64,000 nt of DNA from Bacteroidetes bacterium ADurb.Bin217 (GCA_002069975.1 MWCJ01000008.1:3529-67528), one strand, 5' to 3'; shown: positions 1-8,732, counted from the first letter of the stretch. Program-made: numbers and translations. Notes: generated by a model from the letters alone, not told the origin.

Positions 1-204
1 AAAATTGTAGAAGGGTTTGAAATTGCCGGTAAAGATGGTGTGTTTTATCCGGCACAAGCAAAAATAGAAGGTACAAGCGTTGAATTATCGTCAAAACAAG
101 TTCCTATGCCTGTTCATGTGCGTTTTGCATGGAGCAATACTGCTCGTCCTTTAATATTCAATGCATTAGATATTCCTTTATCTTGTTTTAATACCAAAGA
201 ATAA
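1..204 (+). CDS. 3' end of a sialate O-acetylesterase-like gene (5' part lies outside the window)
   Basis: Frame 1 is open from the window edge to TAA at 202-204. The tail FEIAGKDGVFYPAQAKIEG...VHVRFAWSNTARPLIFNALDIPLSCF resembles the conserved C-terminus of Bacteroidota 9-O-acetylesterases (from memory). Confidence 0.5.
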   Translation, partial: KIVEGFEIAGKDGVFYPAQAKIEGTSVELSSKQVPMPVHVRFAWSNTARPLIFNALDIPLSCFNTKE

Positions 205-509
205 TGTGTATGAAGTTACCAGAAGAATGTAAATCGTTAGAAGAAGTACGCGACCATATAGATGCCATAGATACTGAAATAATGAAATTGTTTGGCAAGC
301 GTTTTTTATTTGTTAAAGAAGTTGTAAAATATAAAAATAAAGACCAAGAAAGTATTATTGCTGCCGACCGCCGAGCTGCTGTGTTGAAACGACGACGCGA
401 AATGGCAATTGAAAATAAATTAGATCCAGATGTGTTCGAAGATATTTATTCTATTCTTATAGAGCACTTTATTGAAGAAGAACTTAAAATTGTAAAATCT
501 CATAAATAA
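204..509 (+). CDS. Chorismate mutase, small AroQ type (PchB-like size)
   Basis: 101 aa. LEEVRDHIDAIDTEIMKLFGKRFLFVKEV...AADRRAAVLKRRREMA is the typical AroQ helical pattern. The start overlaps the upstream stop (TAATG). Confidence 0.75.
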   Translation: MCMKLPEECKSLEEVRDHIDAIDTEIMKLFGKRFLFVKEVVKYKNKDQESIIAADRRAAVLKRRREMAIENKLDPDVFEDIYSILIEHFIEEELKIVKSHK

Positions 510-513
510 TTGT

Positions 514-1467
514 ATGTATCGTAAAGAACTTAAAGTATTAGATTGCACCATACGAGATGGTGGATTAATGAACAAATGGCAATTTAGTAAAGAATTTGTA
601 AAAGATGTGTATACCGCTTGTGTTGATGCAGGTATAGACTATATGGAAATAGGATATATAAGTAGCGAAGATCAATTTTCACGCGATGAATTTGGTGCAT
701 GGAAATTTTGTAGCGAAAAAGATGTACGCGAAATAGTAGGTGAAAACAAAACAAATACAAAAATATCAGTTCTTGCTGATATTGGTCGTATCAAATATAC
801 AGATATTCGTCCTAAAAAAGAAAGCGTTATAGACATGTTTCGTGTTGCTTGTTATGAATATCAAATAGATAAAGCTATAGAATTGGCTCACCATGTAATG
901 GATAAAGGATACGAGGCTACTATAAATTTAATGGCAGTATCTACAGTTACCGATAGACGTTTAGATGAGGTGCTTGTAGATGTTTCAAAATCTCGAGTAA
1001 AAGTTTTCTATTTAGTTGATAGCTTTGGAAGTATGTATAGCGAAGATATTCAGCATTTAATGAAAAAATACCAAGAAGCTCTACCGGGAGTTACCATAGG
1101 ATTTCATGGACATAACAACTTGCAACTTGCGTTTGCAAATACTATTGAATGTATTATTCAAGGAGCAAATATGCTCGATGCTACTTTATTGGGAATGGGG
1201 CGAGGTGCAGGAAATTGTACTACAGAATTACTTGTGTCGTTTCTTAAAAATCCAAAATATAAATTGCGACCATTATTATGGGCAATTGAAAAGCATGTAC
1301 GTCCATTGCAAAAACAAATAGATTGGGGATATTTTATGCCATATTTAATAGCAGGTGCATCAAATGATCACCCTAAAAGTGCATTAAAATGGATGGATTC
1401 CGACAGAAAAGAAGAATACGTTGCGTTCTACGATCAAATGCGTGAATCTCGTCAAGAATTAGAATAA
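514..1467 (+). CDS. DRE-TIM metallolyase (HMGL-like / DmpG-like aldolase)
   Basis: LKVLDCTIRDGG at the N-terminus, HGHNNLQLAFANT, and LLGMGRGAGNCTTELL are characteristic of pyruvate carboxyltransferase/HMGL-like aldolases. Confidence 0.7.
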   Translation: MYRKELKVLDCTIRDGGLMNKWQFSKEFVKDVYTACVDAGIDYMEIGYISSEDQFSRDEFGAWKFCSEKDVREIVGENKTNTKISVLADIGRIKYTDIRPKKESVIDMFRVACYEYQIDKAIELAHHVMDKGYEATINLMAVSTVTDRRLDEVLVDVSKSRVKVFYLVDSFGSMYSEDIQHLMKKYQEALPGVTIGFHGHNNLQLAFANTIECIIQGANMLDATLLGMGRGAGNCTTELLVSFLKNPKYKLRPLLWAIEKHVRPLQKQIDWGYFMPYLIAGASNDHPKSALKWMDSDRKEEYVAFYDQMRESRQELE

Positions 1468-1533
1468 ACATAGATTTCATTTTCATAAAATAAAAAAGGT
1501 GTTATGCAAATAGCATCTTTTTTTTGTCTGAAT

Positions 1534-1557
1534 CTGAGTGTCTGAGTGTCTGAGTGT
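1534..1557. repeat. Tandem 8-mer CTGAGTGT x3
   Basis: Three perfect adjacent copies with partial copies on both sides. Confidence 0.9.
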
Positions 1558-1565
1558 CTCAATGT

Positions 1566-1608
1566 CCCAATACCCAACCCTATACCCTATAACGTAAACC
1601 CTATACCG
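1566..1608. repeat. Degenerate CCCTATA(C/A) short repeats
   Basis: CCCAATACCCAACCCTATACCCTATAACGTAAACCCTATACC. Its reverse complement resembles the GGGTATAGG / GGTTTAAGGG spacers at 63.6-63.9 kb. Confidence 0.7.
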
Positions 1609-1642
1609 AAAAAAAAAATAACAAAATGTGAGCTTATATTCC

Positions 1643-1650
1643 TATATTTG
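1643..1650 (+). promoter_or_regulatory. -7 promoter box TATATTTG
   Basis: Exact TAnnTTTG match, 24 nt upstream of the trpC ATG. Confidence 0.45.
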
Positions 1651-1673
1651 CTAAACTTTTTTGTATTACTACC

Positions 1674-2456
1674 ATGACGATATTAGACGAAATTATTGCT
1701 CGAAAAAAAATAGATGTTGCACAAGCAAAGCAGAATGTTTCAATACAAGAATTGGAGTTTTCTCCATATTTTAAACGTACTTGTATTTCGGCAACAGAGA
1801 GTATTTGTAACCCTTTAAAATCGGGGATTATTGCAGAACACAAACGGAAATCTCCTTCAAAGGGGATAATCAATCCAAATTGTACTGTAATAGATGTAGT
1901 AGAAGGGTACGAAAAGGCGGGAGCATCGTGTATATCGGTGTTGACCGATGAACCATATTTTGGTGGAACAATTTCTGATTTACTTATAGCACGAAATAGG
2001 GTAGCAATTCCTTTATTACGCAAAGATTTTATTGTAGATGAATATCAAATAGTAGAAGCAAAATCAATAGGTGCTGATTTTATACTTCTTATTGCTGCAT
2101 GTTTGCAAAAACAACAAGTGCAAACATATGCGAAATTAGCAAAATCATTAGGGCTTCAAATATTGCTTGAAGTGCATACTAAAGAAGAACTTGATGTGTA
2201 TTGTCCCGAAATAGATATGGTGGGAGTTAACAATCGAAATCTTAAAGATTTTTCGGTTGATATAGCTCGATCAATAGAATTATATCCATTGTTGCCAAAC
2301 GAAGTTGTGAAAATTACCGAAAGCGGTTTGCATTCGCCTCAAGAAGTTAAAACTCTCAAAAAAGTTGGATTTCAAGGGTTTTTAATGGGCGAAAATTTTA
2401 TGAAACATGAAAATCCCGGACAGGCGTGTAAAGATTTTTCGGTGCAAATACGATAA
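1674..2456 (+). CDS. trpC: Indole-3-glycerol phosphate synthase
   Basis: IIAEHKRKSPSKG, ISVLTDEPYFGG, LRKDFIVDEYQI and GVNNRNL motifs; 260 aa. Confidence 0.9.
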   Translation: MTILDEIIARKKIDVAQAKQNVSIQELEFSPYFKRTCISATESICNPLKSGIIAEHKRKSPSKGIINPNCTVIDVVEGYEKAGASCISVLTDEPYFGGTISDLLIARNRVAIPLLRKDFIVDEYQIVEAKSIGADFILLIAACLQKQQVQTYAKLAKSLGLQILLEVHTKEELDVYCPEIDMVGVNNRNLKDFSVDIARSIELYPLLPNEVVKITESGLHSPQEVKTLKKVGFQGFLMGENFMKHENPGQACKDFSVQIR

Positions 2457-2458
2457 TT

Positions 2459-3082
2459 ATGACTATTAAAATTAAAGTTTGTGGCATGCGCGATCCACAG
2501 AATATTCAAGATATTGTACAATGCAATATTGATATACTTGGATTTATATTTTATGAGCAATCGCAACGATTTGTAGGACATGATTTTTCACCACAGTTAT
2601 TGCTCGATTGTGGTAAACAAACAGCAGGTGTGTTTGTTAATCAAAGTGTAGAATATGTTGTTCAAAAGCAACAAACATATGGATTGGATTATTTGCAAAT
2701 ACATGGCAATGAATCGGTAGAGTATTGTAAACAATTGTATGAAATAACTCAAGCGTATATAGTAAAAGCATTTTTAATTGACGAACATTTTTCTGATTCA
2801 ATTCTTGAAGAATACACACCGTACTGTCATTATTTTTTGTTTGATACAAAAACAACTCTGTATGGTGGGAGCGGACAAAAATTTGATTGGAATATTTTAC
2901 ACACAATGAATATTTCTAAACCATTTTTTTTGAGTGGGGGAATTACGCCTCATGATACCGATATACTTTCACGAATTCATCATTCAAAGTTGTATTGTAT
3001 TGATATAAATTCAAAATTTGAAATACGTCATGCTTTTAAAAATGTAGAAGCTGTGCGTCATTTTGTTACAAGTATTCATTAA
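2459..3082 (+). CDS. trpF: Phosphoribosylanthranilate isomerase
   Basis: IKVCGMRDPQNI, LGFIFYEQSQRFV, LQIHG, GGSGQKFDW and LSGGI motifs. Lies 2 nt after trpC. Confidence 0.85.
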   Translation: MTIKIKVCGMRDPQNIQDIVQCNIDILGFIFYEQSQRFVGHDFSPQLLLDCGKQTAGVFVNQSVEYVVQKQQTYGLDYLQIHGNESVEYCKQLYEITQAYIVKAFLIDEHFSDSILEEYTPYCHYFLFDTKTTLYGGSGQKFDWNILHTMNISKPFFLSGGITPHDTDILSRIHHSKLYCIDINSKFEIRHAFKNVEAVRHFVTSIH

Positions 3083-3154
3083 AAAAATGAAAAAAGGTTT
3101 TACATCAAGATTTTTTTTTATATTTTTGATACACAAAATTAAAAAAGGAAAAAC

Positions 3155-3505
3155 GTGAAAAAAAAGATATTGGTAGTAGATGATTCTTCATCGAATGTGC
3201 TGTTGTTACAAAATTTTTTGGAAGACGAAGGATTTGATATTCAAGTAGCAAATTCAGGTAGAGAAGCTATTAAAAAGGCACAAGATTTTATGCCCGATTT
3301 AATTTTATTAGATTTAATGATGCCCGGAATAAATGGTATTGATGTTATGCATTCTATTTCAAAAGATATTCCGGTTATTATGATTTCCGCAAATAAAGAC
3401 CCTCAGTTAGTTGCCGAAGCAAAAGCCAATGGAATAAAATCGTATATTCAAAAACCAATAGATTTTGACGAAATTTTGAATGAAATAGCGATTTATATTA
3501 AATAA
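3155..3505 (+). CDS. Stand-alone response regulator receiver domain (CheY-like)
   Basis: KILVVDDSS...PDLILLDLMMPGINGIDV...KP receiver signature. 116 aa, no output domain, GTG start. Confidence 0.85.
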   Translation: MKKKILVVDDSSSNVLLLQNFLEDEGFDIQVANSGREAIKKAQDFMPDLILLDLMMPGINGIDVMHSISKDIPVIMISANKDPQLVAEAKANGIKSYIQKPIDFDEILNEIAIYIK

Positions 3506-3670
3506 AGCTTCATTTTTCGTACAACGATTTTTTTTGCAATGGTACATAGTATTTCTAAGAACAACGATGTGTATGTGATTTTTGTTTAATTATGCAATTT
3601 ATATTGGGTAATTATGAGTTTATAATTTGAATATAGCTCTAATCCTTAAAAAATCTTATTCAAAAACAAA

Positions 3671-3686
3671 ATCTAAACAGTTTCTA
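3671..3686 (-). repeat. Copy of dispersed 16-nt motif TAGAAACTGTTTARAT
   Basis: The plus strand reads ATCTAAACAGTTTCTA. Intergenic, about 93 nt upstream of the yicC-family ATG. Confidence 0.7.
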
Positions 3687-3718
3687 TAGCTGTAATGTTC
3701 GTTCTGTAATTTTTTTTG

Positions 3719-3726
3719 TATGTTTG
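3719..3726 (+). promoter_or_regulatory. -7 promoter box TATGTTTG
   Basis: TAnnTTTG match, 53 nt upstream of the yicC-family ATG. Confidence 0.35.
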
Positions 3727-3778
3727 TGTGAAAAATTAAGCAACACGAATATACTGCGTGTTGAAAAAGTATAGATAT

Positions 3779-4651
3779 ATGATTCAATCGATGACAGGTT
3801 ATGGAAAAGCTATAGCCGAATGGACAGATAAAAATATTGTAATTGAAATTAAGTCGCTCAATAGCAAACAGCTTGATGTAAATGCACGAATATCGCATGT
3901 GTTTCGCGAAAAAGAATTAGAAATACGTTCTCTATTATCGGAGACTTTAGTACGAGGAAAAATAGATTTTGCTTTATATATAGAATATCGCGATGGTTTG
4001 AGTGAAAAATCTATAAATACTCATGTGGTTTCTTCGTATTGTTCGCAACTGCGAGCTATAGCTGCCCAACAGCAATTGCCCGAATCAAATATTCTCGATA
4101 TAGCTATGCGTATGCCCGATGTGTTACTATCGGAGCCGGTTTCGGAATTGAATGATGATTTGTGGAATATGGTAAAAAAAGCATTATTGCAAGCTGTAGC
4201 TGATATAACAGTATATCGTAAAAATGAAGGAAATGCATTGAAACAAGATGTTCAACAAAATATAGTATCAATAGAACAATTGTTGGTGCAACTTGCTCCT
4301 CTTGAGCCGCTTAGGATGCAGCGTATTAAAGAACGAATTGTAAATGCAATAGATGAAGCTGTAGGGAACGATAAAATTGATACAAATCGATTTGAACAAG
4401 AATTGATATTTTATATAGAAAAACTCGATATTAACGAAGAAAAAGTGAGATTGCATCAGCATTGCGAATATTTTAAACAAACAATGAACGAGAGTAATTG
4501 TGGCAAAAAATTGAGTTTTATTGCACAAGAAATGGGACGAGAAATTAACACAATTGGTTCAAAATCTAACGATGCCGACATGCAAAAAATAGTTGTTCAC
4601 ATGAAAGATTACTTGGAAAGAATTAAAGAACAAGTCTTAAATATTTTATAA
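3779..4651 (+). CDS. YicC family stress-induced protein
   Basis: Begins MIQSMTGYGKA and has the C-terminal EMGREINTIGSKSND motif. The ATG at 3779 is preferred over the upstream TTG at 3758. Confidence 0.8.
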   Translation: MIQSMTGYGKAIAEWTDKNIVIEIKSLNSKQLDVNARISHVFREKELEIRSLLSETLVRGKIDFALYIEYRDGLSEKSINTHVVSSYCSQLRAIAAQQQLPESNILDIAMRMPDVLLSEPVSELNDDLWNMVKKALLQAVADITVYRKNEGNALKQDVQQNIVSIEQLLVQLAPLEPLRMQRIKERIVNAIDEAVGNDKIDTNRFEQELIFYIEKLDINEEKVRLHQHCEYFKQTMNESNCGKKLSFIAQEMGREINTIGSKSNDADMQKIVVHMKDYLERIKEQVLNIL

Positions 4652-4652
4652 T

Positions 4653-5225
4653 ATGGCACAACAAAAAATGATAATATTTTCGGCTCCTTCGGGTAGTGGA
4701 AAATCTACAATTATTAATTATTTATTACAAAAAGGATATCCAATAGAATTTTCGATTTCGGCTACTACCAGAAGTCCGCGAGGAGCCGAAAAGCATGGTG
4801 TTGAGTATTATTTTTTATCTCTCAAGGAATTTAAACAAAAAATTAAAAAAGACGAATTTCTAGAATACGAAGAAGTATATGAAAATCGCTTTTATGGAAC
4901 CTTACGTTCTGAATGTAATAGAATTTGGAATGAAGGTAAAACAGTAGTTTTTGATGTTGATGTTGCCGGAGGTATTCGACTTAAAGAATTATTTGGTGAA
5001 AATGCCTTGTCAATTTTTATTCAATTACCCTCAATAGATGAATTAAGAAAACGTTTGGAAAACCGCAAAACAGACACCCCCGAAGAAATTGAAAAGCGAA
5101 TAACAAAAGCAAATTTTGAAATTCAATTCTCCTACATGTTTGATACTATTGTGGTGAACGATGATTTACAACAAGCTTGTCATCAGGTAGAAACCTTAAT
5201 TTCCGATTTTATTGGTCAAAAATAA
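4653..5225 (+). CDS. gmk: Guanylate kinase
   Basis: IIFSAPSGSGKST P-loop, TTRSPRGAEKHGVEYYF; 190 aa. Confidence 0.9.
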   Translation: MAQQKMIIFSAPSGSGKSTIINYLLQKGYPIEFSISATTRSPRGAEKHGVEYYFLSLKEFKQKIKKDEFLEYEEVYENRFYGTLRSECNRIWNEGKTVVFDVDVAGGIRLKELFGENALSIFIQLPSIDELRKRLENRKTDTPEEIEKRITKANFEIQFSYMFDTIVVNDDLQQACHQVETLISDFIGQK

Positions 5226-5257
5226 ATTTTAAATACCGTTACGTTCAAAGGATACGA

Positions 5258-5794
5258 TTATTCATTATTGGTAATGAACGTATCGTAATATTTAGAAATT
5301 TTATGCGATTGCGAATATAATTGCGAAGCATTGTTTGAAGAGCATTCAAATATAAATGTTCCAATATATGATGGGAAATTTGGATTGTTGTATTGATTCA
5401 CAATTCGTTGCATGACTTCTTGTTTGGTTAAAATAGAATCAATACCTGGTATTATGGTGTATAACGTGTAGAGTAAAGTTTTATCTTTATATCTACCAAA
5501 AAGTAGTGTATCGTTGGGTAATGGTATGGTATAACAATTATATGAGTATTCATCGTTGGTATAATTTAAAATTAATAAACTGTCAATAATTGTATATTTT
5601 CCTTGTTCGTTAAATTTAGCTCCATGTGTATGCGATGCTTTGTGAGTAAATGTGTTGTTGGTGTCGAGCGTAATGCTCATTTCAGAATCTTCAGTGATTT
5701 TTGTAAAAACTACGGGTGTTTGCTCCCAATTACATGAAATTGTAAATAAAGTCAACGTAACACTTACTATTAAATAAAGAATATATTTTAACAT
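5258..5794 (-). CDS. Hypothetical lipoprotein
   Basis: Signal peptide ending in ...LFTISC (lipobox-like). No recognisable domain. Confidence 0.45.
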   Translation of the reverse strand: MLKYILYLIVSVTLTLFTISCNWEQTPVVFTKITEDSEMSITLDTNNTFTHKASHTHGAKFNEQGKYTIIDSLLILNYTNDEYSYNCYTIPLPNDTLLFGRYKDKTLLYTLYTIIPGIDSILTKQEVMQRIVNQYNNPNFPSYIGTFIFECSSNNASQLYSQSHKISKYYDTFITNNE

Positions 5795-5805
5795 AATTAA
5801 AAAAA

Positions 5806-6564
5806 TTATAGAGATTTAGAAATAAATGAATACACTTGGTCAACCAATATCTTAGTGTCATCTTCGGAAACATGTTCTACAGAAATTTCGGGTCCAAAAG
5901 TAACTGTTACAGTTGTAGGACGAAATCCGAAATTTGATCGAGGCCAAGCAATTGCCGATTTTGATATTGCTACAGGTATTATTGGGGTTTGAGATTGAAC
6001 AGCTAATTTAAATCCACCTTTGCGAAATATCCCTAAATTACCTGTTTTGGTGCGAGTTCCTTCGGGAAAAATAGCGACATTTTTGCCATGCTTTATATGT
6101 TCTACAGCTTTTTTTAAACTTGTGGCAGAACGTTGAGAATTGGTTCGGTCTATAAAAATAATTTGCAATTTTCGGAGCATATATCCCGTAAAAAAGTTTC
6201 TGCTTAATTCGTCTTTTGCTATAAAATGTAAATTGCGTTTAGTTGTTGCAAATAAGCAGGCAATATCAAAATACGACGCATGATTTGCCATAAATATATA
6301 ATGCTTTGACGGATGTATATGTTCAATGCCTTTTACGATTATGCGGCTTCCAAGTATTAATGCAATACCCGGTGCCCACAAATGAATAGTAATCCACCAC
6401 GCACCTTTGTAATTGAGAATTGGTGCAAGTATATACACTATAAAAATTGTCCATAGTGCAAGCAAAATCATTTGAATTATATTAATTAGTATCATAAGAT
6501 GTAATATTTTCAATATTTTTACAAAATAAATCATTTCACTTGAAATTATTGGTGTATGGAACAA
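5806..6564 (-). CDS. plsC: 1-acyl-sn-glycerol-3-phosphate acyltransferase
   Basis: NHASYFD (HX4D) and FPEGTRT motifs. The true start may be the internal Met at 6534, because 6556-6564 overlaps the divergent gene. Confidence 0.8.
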   Translation of the reverse strand: MFHTPIISSEMIYFVKILKILHLMILINIIQMILLALWTIFIVYILAPILNYKGAWWITIHLWAPGIALILGSRIIVKGIEHIHPSKHYIFMANHASYFDIACLFATTKRNLHFIAKDELSRNFFTGYMLRKLQIIFIDRTNSQRSATSLKKAVEHIKHGKNVAIFPEGTRTKTGNLGIFRKGGFKLAVQSQTPIIPVAISKSAIAWPRSNFGFRPTTVTVTFGPEISVEHVSEDDTKILVDQVYSFISKSL

Positions 6565-7269
6565 AAAAAAATAGGTGCGGTATATTTAATCCCAAGTTTT
6601 ATGGGGGAACAATCGGTTGAAGTTTTATTTCCTGAATATAATAAGTTGATAATTAGTAAATTAAATTATTTTATTGTAGAAAATGCACGTACAGCTCGAA
6701 GATCATTAAAAAGCATATGTAGTGATTTGCGAATTGATACTCTTCATATTCAAGAAATTGATAAACATGTTGATGTATTGCCTATAGATGCATATTTAGA
6801 ACCTCTTAAGCATGGGTATGATATTGGAATAATGAGTGAAGCAGGCATGCCATGTATTGCCGATCCGGGTAATTTGTTTGTAGCTAAAGCTCATTCATGG
6901 GGGGCTACAATTGTTCCTTTAGTTGGACCGAATTCAATAATTATGGCTCTTATAGCTTCGGGTTTTAACGGACAACAGTTTTGTTTTCATGGCTATGTGC
7001 CTTTAAAAGATGGACGTTTGCAGGCTCTAAAACAATGGGAACAGCAAGCGGTAAAATTTTCGATTACACAAATTTTTATGGAAACTCCATATAGAAATAT
7101 GTTATTGTTTGAAGATATATGTAAGGTTATTTCTCCGCAAACCAAACTCTGTATTGCGGCAAATATTACCTTACCAACGGAATATATAGCAACAAAAACA
7201 GTGGGAGAGTGGAAGTTGCAAACTCCTTCGATTCATAAGCAACCTGCAATTTTTTTGTTGGGAACATAG
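6556..7269 (+). CDS. SAM-dependent methyltransferase, tetrapyrrole-methylase fold (RsmI/YraL-like)
   Basis: MSEAGMPCIADPG and VGPNSIIMALIASGF motifs typical of the TP_methylase superfamily. Confidence 0.65.
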   Translation: MEQKKIGAVYLIPSFMGEQSVEVLFPEYNKLIISKLNYFIVENARTARRSLKSICSDLRIDTLHIQEIDKHVDVLPIDAYLEPLKHGYDIGIMSEAGMPCIADPGNLFVAKAHSWGATIVPLVGPNSIIMALIASGFNGQQFCFHGYVPLKDGRLQALKQWEQQAVKFSITQIFMETPYRNMLLFEDICKVISPQTKLCIAANITLPTEYIATKTVGEWKLQTPSIHKQPAIFLLGT

Positions 7270-7310
7270 AAACTGTTTAAATTAAAAACAAAATTTAAAC
7301 AGTTTCTTAG
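7269..7310 (+). terminator. 14-bp perfect hairpin directly after the methyltransferase stop codon
   Basis: GAAACTGTTTAAAT (7269-7282) pairs with ATTTAAACAGTTTC (7293-7306), followed by TTAGTTTTT. Both arms are copies of the dispersed 16-nt motif. Confidence 0.5.
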
Positions 7311-7546
7311 TTTTTGCTTTGCAATTTTTTAAGTAGTACCTCTTATTGAAATGCAAACAGTTTTTTAAGGTAAGCAAAAAATAATAGAAGGTTATAACTA
7401 GGAATTTTATATCACATAGTACTTGTAAATAAATACCTGAAGTATTGTTGTTTTATACAGTTGATGTACTACGTACTTATGAGTAATTTGCTTGAAAAAT
7501 GTACTCAATTTGTTGTAAACCATTGCTTTTAATAATTTAATGTATG

Positions 7547-7554
7547 TATATTTG
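7547..7554 (+). promoter_or_regulatory. Bacteroidota -7 promoter box (TAnnTTTG) for the candidate sRNA
   Basis: TATATTTG is an exact match to the TAnnTTTG consensus. Confidence 0.4.
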
Positions 7555-7560
7555 CAATGT

Positions 7561-7810
7561 AATCATAGTAAAAAAAAAGTGAGTTAATGGTTTTTATATC
7601 ATTCGTTTAGAGAAACGATATTATGAGTAAAAACCACAAAAGAAATCTCGGAAATGAGTGAGCAGAGGTAAACGATTTCATAGTTTTTTGGTTTATTTAG
7701 GGGTTGTTTTCAAAAAAAATGTTTACCGTTTGATTAAGTGAAGTTGAATAATTCATCATTTCCGAGAACATATAAAAAAAAGATTGACATAATTGTCAAT
7801 CTTTTTTTTT
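7561..7810 (+). ncRNA. Candidate structured small RNA (family unknown)
   Basis: A promoter box sits upstream. Nested perfect complementarities are present: 7589-7596/7628-7635, 7647-7657/7756-7766, 7667-7673/7721-7727 and 7684-7690/7711-7717. A strong terminator lies at the 3' end, and neither strand has an ORF over 60 aa. Confidence 0.3.
7774..7810. terminator. Bidirectional rho-independent terminator
   Basis: A7 run, then AGATTGACA-TAAT-TGTCAATCT, then T9. It lies between the candidate sRNA (+) and the SDR gene (-). Confidence 0.7.
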
Positions 7811-7857
7811 GAATATATGCCATTTGGTATCCCGTAAATTTGGGTTTATCTATCAAT

Positions 7858-8670
7858 TTATTTTATAAGTTTTCGCATAATAGCATCGTAGATTTTGTCT
7901 GAAATTAAATGTTTTAGTAGAAGCAATGGTTTTGCACCTTTTCCTGCAACATATCGTGTTTTTGGATGTTTTGATGTAAGAGCACGAACAATTACACGTG
8001 CAATTGTTGATGGCGGAGACGGATTTTTCATTGTATTAAAAATCGATTGCAATCCTGTAACGTACGGAGCATACACTGTTTTTCCCGAAGTAGCGATTGC
8101 AGAATCTAACGCTATGCCCCCCCATTCGGTTTCAATAAGTCCCGGTTCCACAATAATAACTCGAATACCAAAAGGAGCAACTTCGAAACGCAAACAATCG
8201 GAGAAACCTTCTAATGCATGTTTTGATGCATGATACCAACCACCAAGCGGCGAGTAAGTTTTACCGGCAATAGATGAAATATTAATAATATATCCGTAAG
8301 AATTATTTCGCATATGCGGTAATACCAGTTGAGTAATTCGAGCCAAGCCAAATAGATTTACCTCAAATTGACGTTTAGCTTCGTCAATTGAAACATCTTC
8401 AATTGCTCCATACGAGCCATATCCGGCATTATTAATTAAAATGTCTATTCTACCTTCTTTGGCGATAATTGTATCAATACAATTGCGAATAGAGCTATCG
8501 TTGGTAATATCAAGACTTATAATGTGAGCTCCTATAGTAGCAATGTCTTGCATGTTTTCTACCCTACGAGCGGCACCGTATACGGTATACATGCCTTTTT
8601 GCAACAATTGTTTCGCAGTTTCTTTTCCGATACCTGCCGATGCACCAGTTATGAGAACAACTTTTTTCAT
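7858..8670 (-). CDS. Short-chain dehydrogenase/reductase (SDR)
   Basis: VVLITGASAGIGKETA (TGxxxGxG), NNAG and YHASKHAL (YxxxK) motifs. Confidence 0.85.
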   Translation of the reverse strand: MKKVVLITGASAGIGKETAKQLLQKGMYTVYGAARRVENMQDIATIGAHIISLDITNDSSIRNCIDTIIAKEGRIDILINNAGYGSYGAIEDVSIDEAKRQFEVNLFGLARITQLVLPHMRNNSYGYIINISSIAGKTYSPLGGWYHASKHALEGFSDCLRFEVAPFGIRVIIVEPGLIETEWGGIALDSAIATSGKTVYAPYVTGLQSIFNTMKNPSPPSTIARVIVRALTSKHPKTRYVAGKGAKPLLLLKHLISDKIYDAIMRKLIK

Positions 8671-8732
8671 GAATTTATTTTTTTTAGATTTTAAAAATAC
8701 GAAAAATATAGCAATAGAAATATGTTTTTATT

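Noticed and set aside
1468-1673. Possible Trp leader peptide/attenuator upstream of trpC.
   Set aside because: No small ORF with Trp (TGG) codons is present. The region consists of microsatellite repeats and a promoter box.
1634-2023. Long antisense ORFs opposite well-supported genes. Examples: 1634-2023, 7895-8233, 17806-18216, 34358-34978, 37275-37688, 38006-38482, 41907-42230 and 54697-55014.
   Set aside because: Each lies fully inside a gene with clear family motifs on the other strand. Their translations are low-complexity with no recognisable motifs. They are treated as shadow ORFs.
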